DNA of 64,000 nt from Escherichia phage vB_EcoM-ZQ3: sequence record MW630116.1. One strand, given 5' to 3'. A program made the translations under genes and the position numbers. Position 1 is the first letter of the stretch; each line of letters begins with the position of its first letter. Positions 40,517 through 49,018 of this stretch are shown piece after piece. The notes beneath the pieces were generated by a model. The model saw nothing but the letters and a program-made list of their open reading frames with translations, did no database searches and was not told the origin of the DNA.

Positions 40517-41509
40517 ATGTTACCTGTCATCAGAAAACTTATTTCTCCAAAAGAACTGGCTGAGATTATTCCTTTGTCGGAAGCTTACGCATCACAAGTG
40601 GCTTCTCATCGCGAACAAGTTAATTCGATTATGAACGGTGAAGACCCACGCAAACTTATTGTTGTAGGTCCTTGTTCAATTCATGACCCTATTGCTGCTG
40701 TTGAATACGGCAAACGTCTGGCTGAACTTCAAACTCGTCTTCCTAATGTTCTGTTAGTGATGCGCGTTTATTTTGAAAAGCCTCGAACTACCGTAGGTTG
40801 GAAAGGTCTTGTAAATGATCCATATCTTGACGGAAGTTTTGATATGAACCACGGTCTTATAGTTGCACGAACATTGTGTCGTAAACTTCTACGTATGGGA
40901 CTTCCATTAGCAACTGAAGTATTAGACCCATTCACGATTAAGTATCTTTCTGGTATTTTCTCATGGGTTGCTATTGGCGCCCGTACGACTGAAAGTCAGA
41001 CACATCGTGAAATTGCTTCAGGTCTACCGATGTGCGTAGGCTTCAAGAACGCAACCAATGGTTCTATTAAAGTAGCTACAGACGCGATGTATAGTGCCGC
41101 CTGGCCTCATCGGTATATGGGTATGGACGTCGATGGTACTGTAGGCATTGTTGAAGCTGAAGGTAATCAGAATACGCATATCGTATTGCGTGGCGGGACT
41201 AACGGCCCGAACTATCATTCTTCTGATATTCAAGAAGCTTCTAACAAAGCAAGTGCATTAGGTCTGAATCATTATGTAATGGTTGACTGTAGCCATGCAA
41301 ACGCTGATGGGTATTATAGCAATCAAATTGGTATTGGTAAAAATTTAGCAGCTAATGATTTGGTCAAAGGAATTATGATAGAATCATTCCTACATGAAGG
41401 AAATCAAAAAATTTCTGATAATATGTCCTATGGCGTTTCCGTTACCGATGCGTGCATCGGTTGGGAACAAACTAAAGAGCTGTTAACTTATATTAATAAG
41501 GTTCAATAA
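40517..41509 (+). CDS. 3-deoxy-D-arabino-heptulosonate 7-phosphate (DAHP) synthase, class I alpha (AroG/AroF/AroH-like)
   Basis: 330-aa ORF with canonical motifs aligned to E. coli AroG as I recall it: VVGPCSIHDP, MRVYFEKPRTTVGWKGL, IGARTTESQTHRE, VGFKN, DCSHAN, ESFLHEGNQ, TDACIGWE; stop overlaps cd start. Confidence 0.9.
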   Translation: MLPVIRKLISPKELAEIIPLSEAYASQVASHREQVNSIMNGEDPRKLIVVGPCSIHDPIAAVEYGKRLAELQTRLPNVLLVMRVYFEKPRTTVGWKGLVNDPYLDGSFDMNHGLIVARTLCRKLLRMGLPLATEVLDPFTIKYLSGIFSWVAIGARTTESQTHREIASGLPMCVGFKNATNGSIKVATDAMYSAAWPHRYMGMDVDGTVGIVEAEGNQNTHIVLRGGTNGPNYHSSDIQEASNKASALGLNHYVMVDCSHANADGYYSNQIGIGKNLAANDLVKGIMIESFLHEGNQKISDNMSYGVSVTDACIGWEQTKELLTYINKVQ

Positions 41510-42090
41510 TGAAAGCTAGCACATATCTTCAAATTGCTTATTTGATTTCTCAAGAATCAAAATGTTGTTCATGGAAAGTTGGTGCCGTCATTGAAAAAGA
41601 TGGACGCATTATCTCTACTGGATATAATGGCTCACCCGCAGGTGGCGTTAACTGTTGTGAACATGCATCCGAAAATGGTTGGTTGAAGAATAAACCAAGC
41701 CCGGTCATCGTTGCTGGACATAAAGAAGGCACTACAGCATTTGGACGGGCAGATAATTTTGTTTTGGCTAAAGAACATCGGGCCGCTCATAGTGCATGGT
41801 CTGCCAATAACGAAATCCATGCGGAACTGAATGCAATTTTGTTTGCAGCTCGTAAAGGTAATTCTATTGAAGGTGCTACGTTATATACTACGCTTTCTCC
41901 ATGTCCTGATTGCACTAAAGCTATTACGCAGTCAGGTATTAAAAAGGTTGTATATGCAGAATTATATGACCGATCTCCTGAAAATTGGGCAGACATTCTT
42001 AAACAAGCTGGTATTGAAGTAATTCAGTACTCTCGTAATAATCTTCGTTCTCTGAATTGGGAACAAATCCGAAACTTTTGTGGTGAATAA
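41509..42090 (+). CDS. cd: dCMP deaminase
   Basis: 193-aa ORF (T4 Cd 193 aa) with zinc-binding deaminase motifs HAELNAI and SPCPDC. Confidence 0.88.
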   Translation: MKASTYLQIAYLISQESKCCSWKVGAVIEKDGRIISTGYNGSPAGGVNCCEHASENGWLKNKPSPVIVAGHKEGTTAFGRADNFVLAKEHRAAHSAWSANNEIHAELNAILFAARKGNSIEGATLYTTLSPCPDCTKAITQSGIKKVVYAELYDRSPENWADILKQAGIEVIQYSRNNLRSLNWEQIRNFCGE

Positions 42091-42091
42091 T

Positions 42092-42388
42092 ATGATTTTA
42101 ACTGAACAAGAAACTATGGTTCTTCGTGAACGTATTAAAACTATTCTGTCTGTAGGCGTTCATTGTGTTGTATTTGAAAAGGCTAACGGTGATGTTCGTA
42201 CGATGTTTGCCTCCCGTGATGAACTTGAAGTCAAATACGAAAATAACAATCCGGCAACAGAAGTTCGTTATGAACCTCGTGAATCAGTTCGAGCATTCGA
42301 TACCAAGTTAGGCCAGTGGCGTTCTTTCCGCCTTGATAAAGTAATTTCGGTTGATGGTACTCCGGTAGAACGTTTGCTTCTTATGTAA
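42092..42388 (+). CDS. hypothetical protein (98 aa)
   Basis: ATG 42092 inside ORF-track entry 42080..42388. Confidence 0.5.
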   Translation: MILTEQETMVLRERIKTILSVGVHCVVFEKANGDVRTMFASRDELEVKYENNNPATEVRYEPRESVRAFDTKLGQWRSFRLDKVISVDGTPVERLLLM

Positions 42389-42445
42389 TATGCTTTACGA
42401 ATAGTATGGTATTATTAATCTATCGTCAAACAACAAGGAAATAAG

Positions 42446-42778
42446 ATGTCTGAAGTACAACTCCCAATTCGTGCTATTGGTGAATATGTCATTCTGGTTT
42501 CTGAACCTGCTCAAGCAGGTGATGAAGAAGTTACCGAATCAGGACTTGTGATTGGTAAACGTGTTCAAGGTGAAGTTCCTGAACTATGCGTAGTTCATTC
42601 TGTAGGTCCTGATGTTCCTGAAGGTTTTGTTGAAGTAGGTGATTTGACTCCACTACCAGTTGGACAAATTCGAAATGTTCCACATCCATTTGTGGCTTTG
42701 GGACTTAAACAACCTAAAGAAATTAAACAGAAATTCGTAACATGCCACTATAAAGCTATTCCGTGTCTTTATAAGTGA
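42446..42778 (+). CDS. 31: gp31 co-chaperonin (GroES-like) for capsid folding
   Basis: 110-aa [45 protein letters not shown]...[14 protein letters not shown], matching T4 gp31 as I recall it. Confidence 0.9.
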   Translation: MSEVQLPIRAIGEYVILVSEPAQAGDEEVTESGLVIGKRVQGEVPELCVVHSVGPDVPEGFVEVGDLTPLPVGQIRNVPHPFVALGLKQPKEIKQKFVTCHYKAIPCLYK

Positions 42779-42779
42779 T

Positions 42780-42787
42780 ATAAATAA
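42780..42787 (+). promoter_or_regulatory. late promoter TATAAATA upstream of rIII
   Basis: gtgatataaataac; followed by hairpin gaagagaacactcttc. Confidence 0.5.
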
Positions 42788-42902
42788 CTATATGAAGAGA
42801 ACACTCTTCTAAGCGGTAGCCTACAACTGAGAGACTTGTCGAAAGAAGGTGAAATTCAGACGAACGTGGCTACTAAATATTATCTCGAATTGAGAATTTA
42901 AA

Positions 42903-43151
42903 ATGATTAAACAATTACAACACGCTCTTGAACTGCAACGCAACGCATGGAATAACGGTCACGAAAACTATGGCGCATCTATTGATGTTGAAGCCGAAGC
43001 TCTTGAAATCCTGCGTTATTTCAAACATCTGAACCCAGCACAGGCCGCACTGGCTACTGAACTGGAAGCAAAAGATGAACTGAAATATGCTAAGCCTTTG
43101 GCTTCAGCAGCTCGTAAAGCAGTACGTCATTTTATTATTACCCTGAAGTAA
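42903..43151 (+). CDS. rIII: rIII lysis inhibition accessory protein
   Basis: 82-aa ORF MIKQLQHALELQRNAWNNGHENYGASIDVEAEALEILRYFKHLNPAQ..., matching T4 rIII (82 aa) as I recall it. Confidence 0.9.
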   Translation: MIKQLQHALELQRNAWNNGHENYGASIDVEAEALEILRYFKHLNPAQAALATELEAKDELKYAKPLASAARKAVRHFIITLK

Positions 43152-43516
43152 GTTAAATCGAGGAGCCGTCGAACTGTCTGATTAATGATTTGCGAATCAT
43201 TATAGTTTTAAGACCCCGGCAGTTTTACGGTGTACCTCTTGAATGTTATTCTTATAGCGGCAAGTGCATGCTACCCCGAGGTGATGGCCAATCGGGAGTA
43301 CGCCTCAAGGCCTATATATCCATCAGTATATATCTTATCCTCGAGAAATCGAACCCGGAACCTTTAAGCTAACGGTGTGCAACAGATAAGAGCTATAAGG
43401 TATGATGACGGGTTTATGGTTATCCTGTCGTTAAATATCCGAAAACCTATGTTCCCCTTGAGGGCTTGCGCAGGCAATGTCAATAAGTCCTGCATTTTCA
43501 TTAAAGAGAATTTATA
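43152..43516. other. ORF-poor, relatively GC-rich intergenic region (about 365 nt) of unknown function
   Basis: No convincing ORF in any frame; contains hairpin taatgatt-tgcg-aatcatta (43183-43202); atypical for this otherwise tightly packed AT-rich genome. Confidence 0.5.
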
Positions 43517-43696
43517 ATGGCAAAACAAGCTAAAGCAAAGAAAGCAGTTGAAAAGAAAGTTGATGGTACCTCTAAACGCGCTGGATACAAGCGTGGGTCG
43601 AACTCTCGTATTAATCAAACAGTTGAGAAGATCATGCGCAGAGCACGTGCAGTTCTTCGAGATGATGCTTCTCGTTTTGGAAAGGTTGTTGCATAA
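43517..43696 (+). CDS. small lysine-rich basic protein (59 aa), tentative
   Basis: ATG 43517, TAA 43694-43696; MAKQAKAKKAVEKKVDGTSKRAGYKRGSNSRINQTVEKIMRRARAVLRDD...; followed by a strong terminator; an alternative overlapping frame (43548..43733) exists. Confidence 0.4.
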   Translation: MAKQAKAKKAVEKKVDGTSKRAGYKRGSNSRINQTVEKIMRRARAVLRDDASRFGKVVA

Positions 43697-43701
43697 TTTT
43701 A

Positions 43702-43724
43702 GGGAGACTTCGGTCTCCCTTTTG
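43702..43724 (+). terminator. rho-independent terminator (gggagacttcggtctccc + T-run)
   Basis: Identical hairpin to the one at 27707; followed by ttttgtgcgttt. Confidence 0.65.
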
Positions 43725-43756
43725 TGCGTTTAGGGCAGAAAAAGTTTAAAAAAGAT

Positions 43757-43827
43757 GTTTACTCTCCTGTAGGATGTGTTACTATAGACTTGTACCACCT
43801 AATCAATAAAAACAACCGGAGAATAAA
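43757..43827 (+). promoter_or_regulatory. early promoter cassette (GTTTAC ... tactatag ... ggagaataaaATG)
   Basis: gtttactctcctgtaggatgtgttactatagacttgtaccacctaatcaataaaaacaaccggagaataaaATG. Confidence 0.5.
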
Positions 43828-44199
43828 ATGAACACTATCAATTTAAATGCTACAATTAAATGCCGTGACCATGATGGATATAAATCTCAAGTTGTTAACG
43901 AGTTACAGTGGATGGTTCGTTCAGTTCAAGGTGATGTGGTTTATTGTACAACTCCTGATGGCCCTTCAGACGATTTTTGTTATCATATCGAAATTGAAAA
44001 CTTTTTCACTGGTGAAATTTACCGTCTGAATTCTACAGTTTATGGTTGTATTCGTTCTAAAACTTACGAAGATGAAGAGACTGGTTACTCTGAAGATGTT
44101 GTATGGTACGAAAATGCCAGAAATCGTGCAGAGTCATTAATCGAGAAGATTAAAGCAAAAGGTGTTATTGATTCAGCTAAGTGGACAAAAATCAAATAA
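43828..44199 (+). CDS. hypothetical protein (123 aa)
   Basis: ORF track; promoter cassette upstream. Confidence 0.55.
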   Translation: MNTINLNATIKCRDHDGYKSQVVNELQWMVRSVQGDVVYCTTPDGPSDDFCYHIEIENFFTGEIYRLNSTVYGCIRSKTYEDEETGYSEDVVWYENARNRAESLIEKIKAKGVIDSAKWTKIK

Positions 44200-44203
44200 A
44201 AAT

Positions 44204-44273
44204 GTTTACTTTGGTACAGGTTATGTTATTATAGACCTGTACCAACAAACAACTTAAACATCTGGAGAATAAA
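44204..44273 (+). promoter_or_regulatory. early promoter cassette with perfect 8-bp dyad (ggtacagg / cctgtacc)
   Basis: gtttactttggtacaggttatgttattatagacctgtaccaacaaacaacttaaacatctggagaataaaATG. Confidence 0.6.
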
Positions 44274-44639
44274 ATGAACTACACCAACTTCGAACGCAAA
44301 TATGTTTCTAACGGTATCGCTGGTTCTATCGATATGGTTTGTTTGTGGAAGCATAAAAATGGTTCAGTATGTGAAATTGAGCAGTGCATGGCTCCTAATT
44401 ATGTTTATATGCGATTTGAAAATGGCATCACGGTTTCAATCACGATGGAAGGTTCCAACTTCAAAATTGCATTAGATGACGATTTCCGTCAACGTGATTT
44501 AGGTACTCATCCTTGCTGGAACGGTGTTAATCGTAAACTTCTGGTTAAAACTTGGATTCGTCATATCCTGAGTAACCGAGCTAAACCTGAACACCTGGAA
44601 GCAATCTTTGATGTAGTTCTGAACGAATTCGACATCTAA
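44274..44639 (+). CDS. hypothetical protein (121 aa)
   Basis: ORF track. Confidence 0.55.
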   Translation: MNYTNFERKYVSNGIAGSIDMVCLWKHKNGSVCEIEQCMAPNYVYMRFENGITVSITMEGSNFKIALDDDFRQRDLGTHPCWNGVNRKLLVKTWIRHILSNRAKPEHLEAIFDVVLNEFDI

Positions 44640-44646
44640 TTTAACT

Positions 44647-44662
44647 GGGAGCTTCGGCTCCC
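44647..44662 (+). other. CUUCGG hairpin (gggagcttcggctccc) without T-run, immediately upstream of an RBS
   Basis: Hairpin ends 4 nt before gagg RBS of the ORF at 44675; more consistent with an mRNA stability or processing element than a terminator. Confidence 0.5.
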
Positions 44663-44674
44663 ACTGAGGAAATT

Positions 44675-45289
44675 ATGTTTAAAGTTAATACTTTTTATAA
44701 AATGAATTTTAAAAATGGGGATATTACTCCACGCCTTAAAAACATGTTCTCATATGACCTTATCGAGCCTTTTGAAGTTTTAGAAGTTACTGATGCCGGC
44801 TCGGTTTGTGAAATTAGAACTTCTGAAGGTAAAATTTATCAGGCAGGTGTTGGTAAATTCAGTAATTGTTTTACTTTAATATTCTCGACCGATTTAGATG
44901 AGCATTTTATTGAATGTCCTAACCCTAAGGTCCACGAAGTTCCACATCAAGAAACTAAGAAAAATGGCCCGCACGAATATACGAAGGTTGAAACTCCTCA
45001 CGGCGTGATGTGGCGTCATAACTCTCCTTTTGGAAGTAAAGGAACATTTGCTCAACCGTCTAAACCGTATGACGATGAAAAATACATCGTCGTCTTTTTA
45101 TCTGAACAAGGTACTCAAGACCGTGGATGCCAGCGAAGTGGTTTACTAAGTGAACTTGAAGCTCATAACCAAGCACGTGAATTCGTTGAGAAAAATCCTG
45201 GTTCTGAAGCTCTAGTCATGAAAGCAATTACTCAATATATCACTGCTCAACCTGTTGTTCATCCGGTAGAAATTAATTTCGTTAAGTAG
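44675..45289 (+). CDS. hypothetical protein (204 aa)
   Basis: ORF track. Confidence 0.55.
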   Translation: MFKVNTFYKMNFKNGDITPRLKNMFSYDLIEPFEVLEVTDAGSVCEIRTSEGKIYQAGVGKFSNCFTLIFSTDLDEHFIECPNPKVHEVPHQETKKNGPHEYTKVETPHGVMWRHNSPFGSKGTFAQPSKPYDDEKYIVVFLSEQGTQDRGCQRSGLLSELEAHNQAREFVEKNPGSEALVMKAITQYITAQPVVHPVEINFVK

Positions 45290-45343
45290 TTTACATCCAA
45301 GGACGGATTAGAGTATAATGATTTCTTTAGTAAGTGGAAAAAT
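45289..45343 (+). promoter_or_regulatory. early promoter (GTTTAC ... TATAAT)
   Basis: gtttacatccaaggacggattagagtataatgatttctttagtaagtggaaaaatATG. Confidence 0.5.
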
Positions 45344-45541
45344 ATGAAATTTTTAATAGCACAAACAGTTCAATTAAAAGGTGTTGGAATTCCTGGGGTG
45401 ATTTTTAAAGTTCTCCCTGAATTTAAAACCGGCGCTGGAATTATCAATGAAGCGTATGCTGTTCAATGGGTTGATTGGACTTCTGACATACGTATGGGTA
45501 AAGAGTTATCTCCTATTAAAGGGTTGAAACATGTTGAATAA
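45344..45541 (+). CDS. hypothetical protein (65 aa)
   Basis: ORF track. Confidence 0.45.
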   Translation: MKFLIAQTVQLKGVGIPGVIFKVLPEFKTGAGIINEAYAVQWVDWTSDIRMGKELSPIKGLKHVE

Positions 45542-45743
45542 ATTAATCCAGAAATTGTTTGGTACGGAAATGATCGAAGTTACTTATCGTGTAACAGACT
45601 GCTCGCCTATTCATCCACAGGATGAACCGTTTATCAAGACAATTAAAATGCTTAAAAATGACGGTGGTTTATCTATTGAAGACCGTCTGCCTAGTTACGG
45701 ACATTGGGCTGATGTTGAAATTATAAGTGTTAAAGATGTCTGA
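45531..45743 (+). CDS. hypothetical protein (70 aa)
   Basis: ORF track. Confidence 0.45.
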   Translation: MLNKLIQKLFGTEMIEVTYRVTDCSPIHPQDEPFIKTIKMLKNDGGLSIEDRLPSYGHWADVEIISVKDV

Positions 45744-46194
45744 ATTAGAAATAAGAAGCAATTTCAAATGGCCGTCATGCGCATTAAGTAATTTTGCCCA
45801 GTGGCCTTTCGTTATGGATGGTATTCAATTCGGAGGTCTTGAAGGATTTCTCCAAGGATGTAAGGTGAAAAATGTTGAACAACAAAGACGTATATTTGGG
45901 CTGTCAGGACTGGCCGCACAGCAAGCTGGAAGGTCTTATGCAAGAGCTCAGGACCATGGGACTCTCTTCTGGTTAGGAGTTCCATTTTCAAGATACTCTG
46001 AAGCATGGAAAGAATTATATACAAATGCATATTTTGAAGCAGCGATCCAAAACAAGGGGTTTCGCGACGCCTTACAAGCCTCTAAAGGAAAAATTTTGAA
46101 GCACAGCATGGCCAGCCACCTAACAAAAGATGATACAATATTAACTGAAGCTGAATTTATTGATGTGTTAAACCTATTAAGAGACTCTTTATGA
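45736..46194 (+). CDS. NADAR-like (DUF1768/YbiA-like) domain protein, tentative
   Basis: ATG 45736 inside ORF-track entry 45727..46194; motif ...ALSNFAQWPFVMDGIQFGGLEGFLQGCKV... resembles the NADAR signature (SNF...PF..DG..F...E.F.Q..K). Confidence 0.5.
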   Translation: MSELEIRSNFKWPSCALSNFAQWPFVMDGIQFGGLEGFLQGCKVKNVEQQRRIFGLSGLAAQQAGRSYARAQDHGTLFWLGVPFSRYSEAWKELYTNAYFEAAIQNKGFRDALQASKGKILKHSMASHLTKDDTILTEAEFIDVLNLLRDSL

Positions 46195-47006
46195 AGCCTA
46201 CTATTTTGACTGATATTGATGGTGTATGTTTAAGCTGGCAATCTGGACTTCCTTATTTTGCCCAAAAATATAATCTTCCATTAGAACATATTTTAAAAAT
46301 GATTCAGGACGAAAAATTTATTTCTCCTGGTAAACTGTTCAATACCGACGATAACCTTGGTAAACAATTAATAGAAAAATATAATAGCTCTGATTTTATT
46401 CGTTACTTAGCGCCTTATTCGGATGCTCTTCGAGTTATCAATAAACTAAAAGAAGACTATAATTTTGTAGCCGTGACGGCGCTAGGTGATTCAATTGATG
46501 CTCGATTGAATAGACAATTTAATTTGAATGCTTTGTTCCCAGGCGCTTTTTCTGAAGTAATGATGTGTGGTCATGATTCGTCAAAGGAACAATTATTTGA
46601 ACTAGCTAAAACAAAATATAACGTGATTTGTTACGTTGACGATTTAGCTCATCATTGCGACCATGCAGCAGAAATTCTTAATGTACCGATTTATTGGTTG
46701 GCTCGTGGTGAACGTGATGCCATTCCTCGTACTGCACAACGTGTACACACGTGGGATGATATTGAATCTCGTTTGGTTCCACCCGAGCATAATTCAGATT
46801 CAGATCGTGAAGACCTTTTAAAACGATTGGCGGATTTGCTTAAAGAATCTGGTACAACAAGTCCAGGTGCATGGCCTAATCAAATTGGCGCTCCGTCGAA
46901 TCCGTATACCTGGCGAACCCAAGGACCAACCGATATGCGGCCATGGTGGACGATTCAAACCTTTCCTTTAGATTCGTCCAAATGGACTTGGTCTACAAAT
47001 TGTTAA
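46191..47006 (+). CDS. HAD-superfamily hydrolase-like protein
   Basis: 271-aa ORF with N-terminal motif ILTDIDGVCL (DxDG motif I of HAD phosphatases); start overlaps previous stop. Confidence 0.55.
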   Translation: MKPTILTDIDGVCLSWQSGLPYFAQKYNLPLEHILKMIQDEKFISPGKLFNTDDNLGKQLIEKYNSSDFIRYLAPYSDALRVINKLKEDYNFVAVTALGDSIDARLNRQFNLNALFPGAFSEVMMCGHDSSKEQLFELAKTKYNVICYVDDLAHHCDHAAEILNVPIYWLARGERDAIPRTAQRVHTWDDIESRLVPPEHNSDSDREDLLKRLADLLKESGTTSPGAWPNQIGAPSNPYTWRTQGPTDMRPWWTIQTFPLDSSKWTWSTNC

Positions 47007-47015
47007 GGGTTAATT

Positions 47016-47285
47016 ATGTTTGTAGTTCATGATATTACAGATGGCAAAAACACCACACGTGACTACGGTCATGTTAACATGTTCTTTCGAGACTGGCCGT
47101 TGTTTCGTTCAGTAAAAGACGCAGAAATATTTAAAGAGTGTGTTGAACAAGGGTTCATCTACATTTCAGAATACTATGTTGAAGGACTCGGTAAATGGAT
47201 TACCACTTATCAGAAAACGCTGAAATCGCTTCTAGATGAAGTGGCTTATAATAGAACCGTAACCAAAATCGAGGACATCAAATGA
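47016..47285 (+). CDS. hypothetical protein (89 aa)
   Basis: ORF track. Confidence 0.5.
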   Translation: MFVVHDITDGKNTTRDYGHVNMFFRDWPLFRSVKDAEIFKECVEQGFIYISEYYVEGLGKWITTYQKTLKSLLDEVAYNRTVTKIEDIK

Positions 47286-48775
47286 TTTTAGATATTTTAA
47301 ACCAAATAGCTGCGATCGGTTCTACTAAAACAAAACAAGAAATCCTTAAGAAAAATAAGGACAACAAATTACTTGAACGTGTGTATCGTTTAACATATGC
47401 ACGTGGTATCCAGTATTATATTAAGAAATGGCCAGGACCAGGTGAAAGGTCTCAAGCGTATGGTCTTCTTGAATTAGATGACATGTTGGATTTTATTGAG
47501 TTCACATTAGCCACTCGTAAACTCACTGGTAATGCTGCAATTAAAGAGCTCATGGGTTATATCGCTGACGGTAAACCTGATGATGTAGAAGTCCTTCGTC
47601 GTGTAATGATGCGAGACCTTGAAGTAGGTGCTTCAGTGTCTATCGCGAATAAGGTGTGGCCTGGACTTATTCAATTGCAACCACAGATGTTAGCATCTGC
47701 ATATGATGAGAAATTGATTACTAAAAATATTAAATGGCCCGCATTTGCCCAATTAAAAGCAGATGGTGCTCGTTGTTTCGCTGAAGTTCGCGATGATGGT
47801 GTTCAATTCTTTTCTCGTGCCGGTAATGAATACCATGGTCTTACTCTATTAGCTGATGAACTAATGGAAATGACTAAAGAAGCTCGTGAAAGACACCCTA
47901 ATGGGGTTTTAATCGACGGTGAATTAGTTTATCATTCATTCGATATTAAAAAGGCTGTGAGCTCAGGAAATGACCTGTCGTTCTTATTTGGTGATAATGA
48001 AGAATCCGAAGAAGTACAAGTTGCAGACCGTAGCACTTCAAATGGTTTAGCAAATAAATCTCTTCAAGGGACTATTTCTCCTAAAGAAGCGGAAGGTATG
48101 GTTCTTCAAGCCTGGGACTATGTTCCTTTAGATGAAGTCTATTCTGACGGCAAAATTAAAGGTCAGAAATACGATGTTCGTTTTGCTGCTCTTGAAAATA
48201 TGGCTGAAGGCTTTAAGCGAATTGAGCCAATTGAAAATCAGTTAGTTCGTAATCTTGACGAAGCTAAAGTGGTTTATAAAAAATATGTTGACCAAGGTCT
48301 TGAAGGTATTATCCTTAAAAACCGTGATTCATATTGGGAAAACAAACGCTCTAAGAACCTAATTAAATTTAAAGAAGTTATTGATATCGCTTTAGAAGTT
48401 GTAGGATACTATGAACATTCTAAAGACACTAACAAATTAGGTGGTGTCGAACTCGTATCACGTTGTCGTCGTATTACAACCGATTGTGGTTCAGGGTTTA
48501 AAGATACAACTCATAAAACAGTTGATGGTGTAAAGGTTCTTATTCCTTTAGATGAGCGTCATGATTTGGACCGTGAACGATTAATGACCGAAGCTCGTGA
48601 AGGTAAATTGATTGGACGTATTGCTGATTGTGAATGCAATGGTTGGGTTCATTCTAAAGGACGTGAAGGCACTGTAGGTATTTTCCTTCCAATTATTAAA
48701 GGGTTCCGTTTTGATAAAACAGAAGCGGATTCGTTTGAAGACGTATTTGGACCGTGGTCCCAGACAGGTTTATAA
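47282..48775 (+). CDS. 30: ATP-dependent DNA ligase
   Basis: 497-aa ORF MILDILNQIAAIGSTKTKQEILKKNKDNKLLERVYRLTY... with active-site lysine motif AQLKADGAR; matches T4 DNA ligase (487 aa) as I recall it. Confidence 0.93.
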   Translation: MILDILNQIAAIGSTKTKQEILKKNKDNKLLERVYRLTYARGIQYYIKKWPGPGERSQAYGLLELDDMLDFIEFTLATRKLTGNAAIKELMGYIADGKPDDVEVLRRVMMRDLEVGASVSIANKVWPGLIQLQPQMLASAYDEKLITKNIKWPAFAQLKADGARCFAEVRDDGVQFFSRAGNEYHGLTLLADELMEMTKEARERHPNGVLIDGELVYHSFDIKKAVSSGNDLSFLFGDNEESEEVQVADRSTSNGLANKSLQGTISPKEAEGMVLQAWDYVPLDEVYSDGKIKGQKYDVRFAALENMAEGFKRIEPIENQLVRNLDEAKVVYKKYVDQGLEGIILKNRDSYWENKRSKNLIKFKEVIDIALEVVGYYEHSKDTNKLGGVELVSRCRRITTDCGSGFKDTTHKTVDGVKVLIPLDERHDLDRERLMTEAREGKLIGRIADCECNGWVHSKGREGTVGIFLPIIKGFRFDKTEADSFEDVFGPWSQTGL

Positions 48776-48963
48776 TGAAAGCTTATTTAGAAACAGTTAT
48801 TGTAGCTAAGAAGGATGGTGGAGATGTTTCCACCTCTTGCTCTCAGATTATATTAGATTTTCCTAATGAAAATTCGTATCGGGTTTTCGTAGATAACGTT
48901 AATGGGTACGAAAAAGGCCCTAATTTTGAAGTTTATCGTACTTTGCTCCCGATTGTGGATTAA
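48775..48963 (+). CDS. hypothetical protein (62 aa)
   Basis: ATG 48775 overlapping ligase stop (TAATG) inside ORF-track entry 48754..48963. Confidence 0.45.
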   Translation: MKAYLETVIVAKKDGGDVSTSCSQIILDFPNENSYRVFVDNVNGYEKGPNFEVYRTLLPIVD

Positions 48964-48984
48964 GAGCCTTCGGGCTCTTTTTGG
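48964..48984 (+). terminator. rho-independent terminator (agagccttcgggctct + T-run)
   Basis: 6-bp stem with UUCG loop followed by ttttgg. Confidence 0.6.
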
Positions 48985-49018
48985 CATAAATATAAATTAT
49001 TACTAAAAGGAAAACACT

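Noticed and set aside
43152-43516. Possible tRNA gene in the GC-richer intergenic region (sequence gaaatcgaacccgg resembles a T-arm in reverse complement)
   Set aside because: No consistent cloverleaf could be assembled by eye on either strand: T-stem complementarity fails and no acceptor stem was found. Left as an unexplained region.
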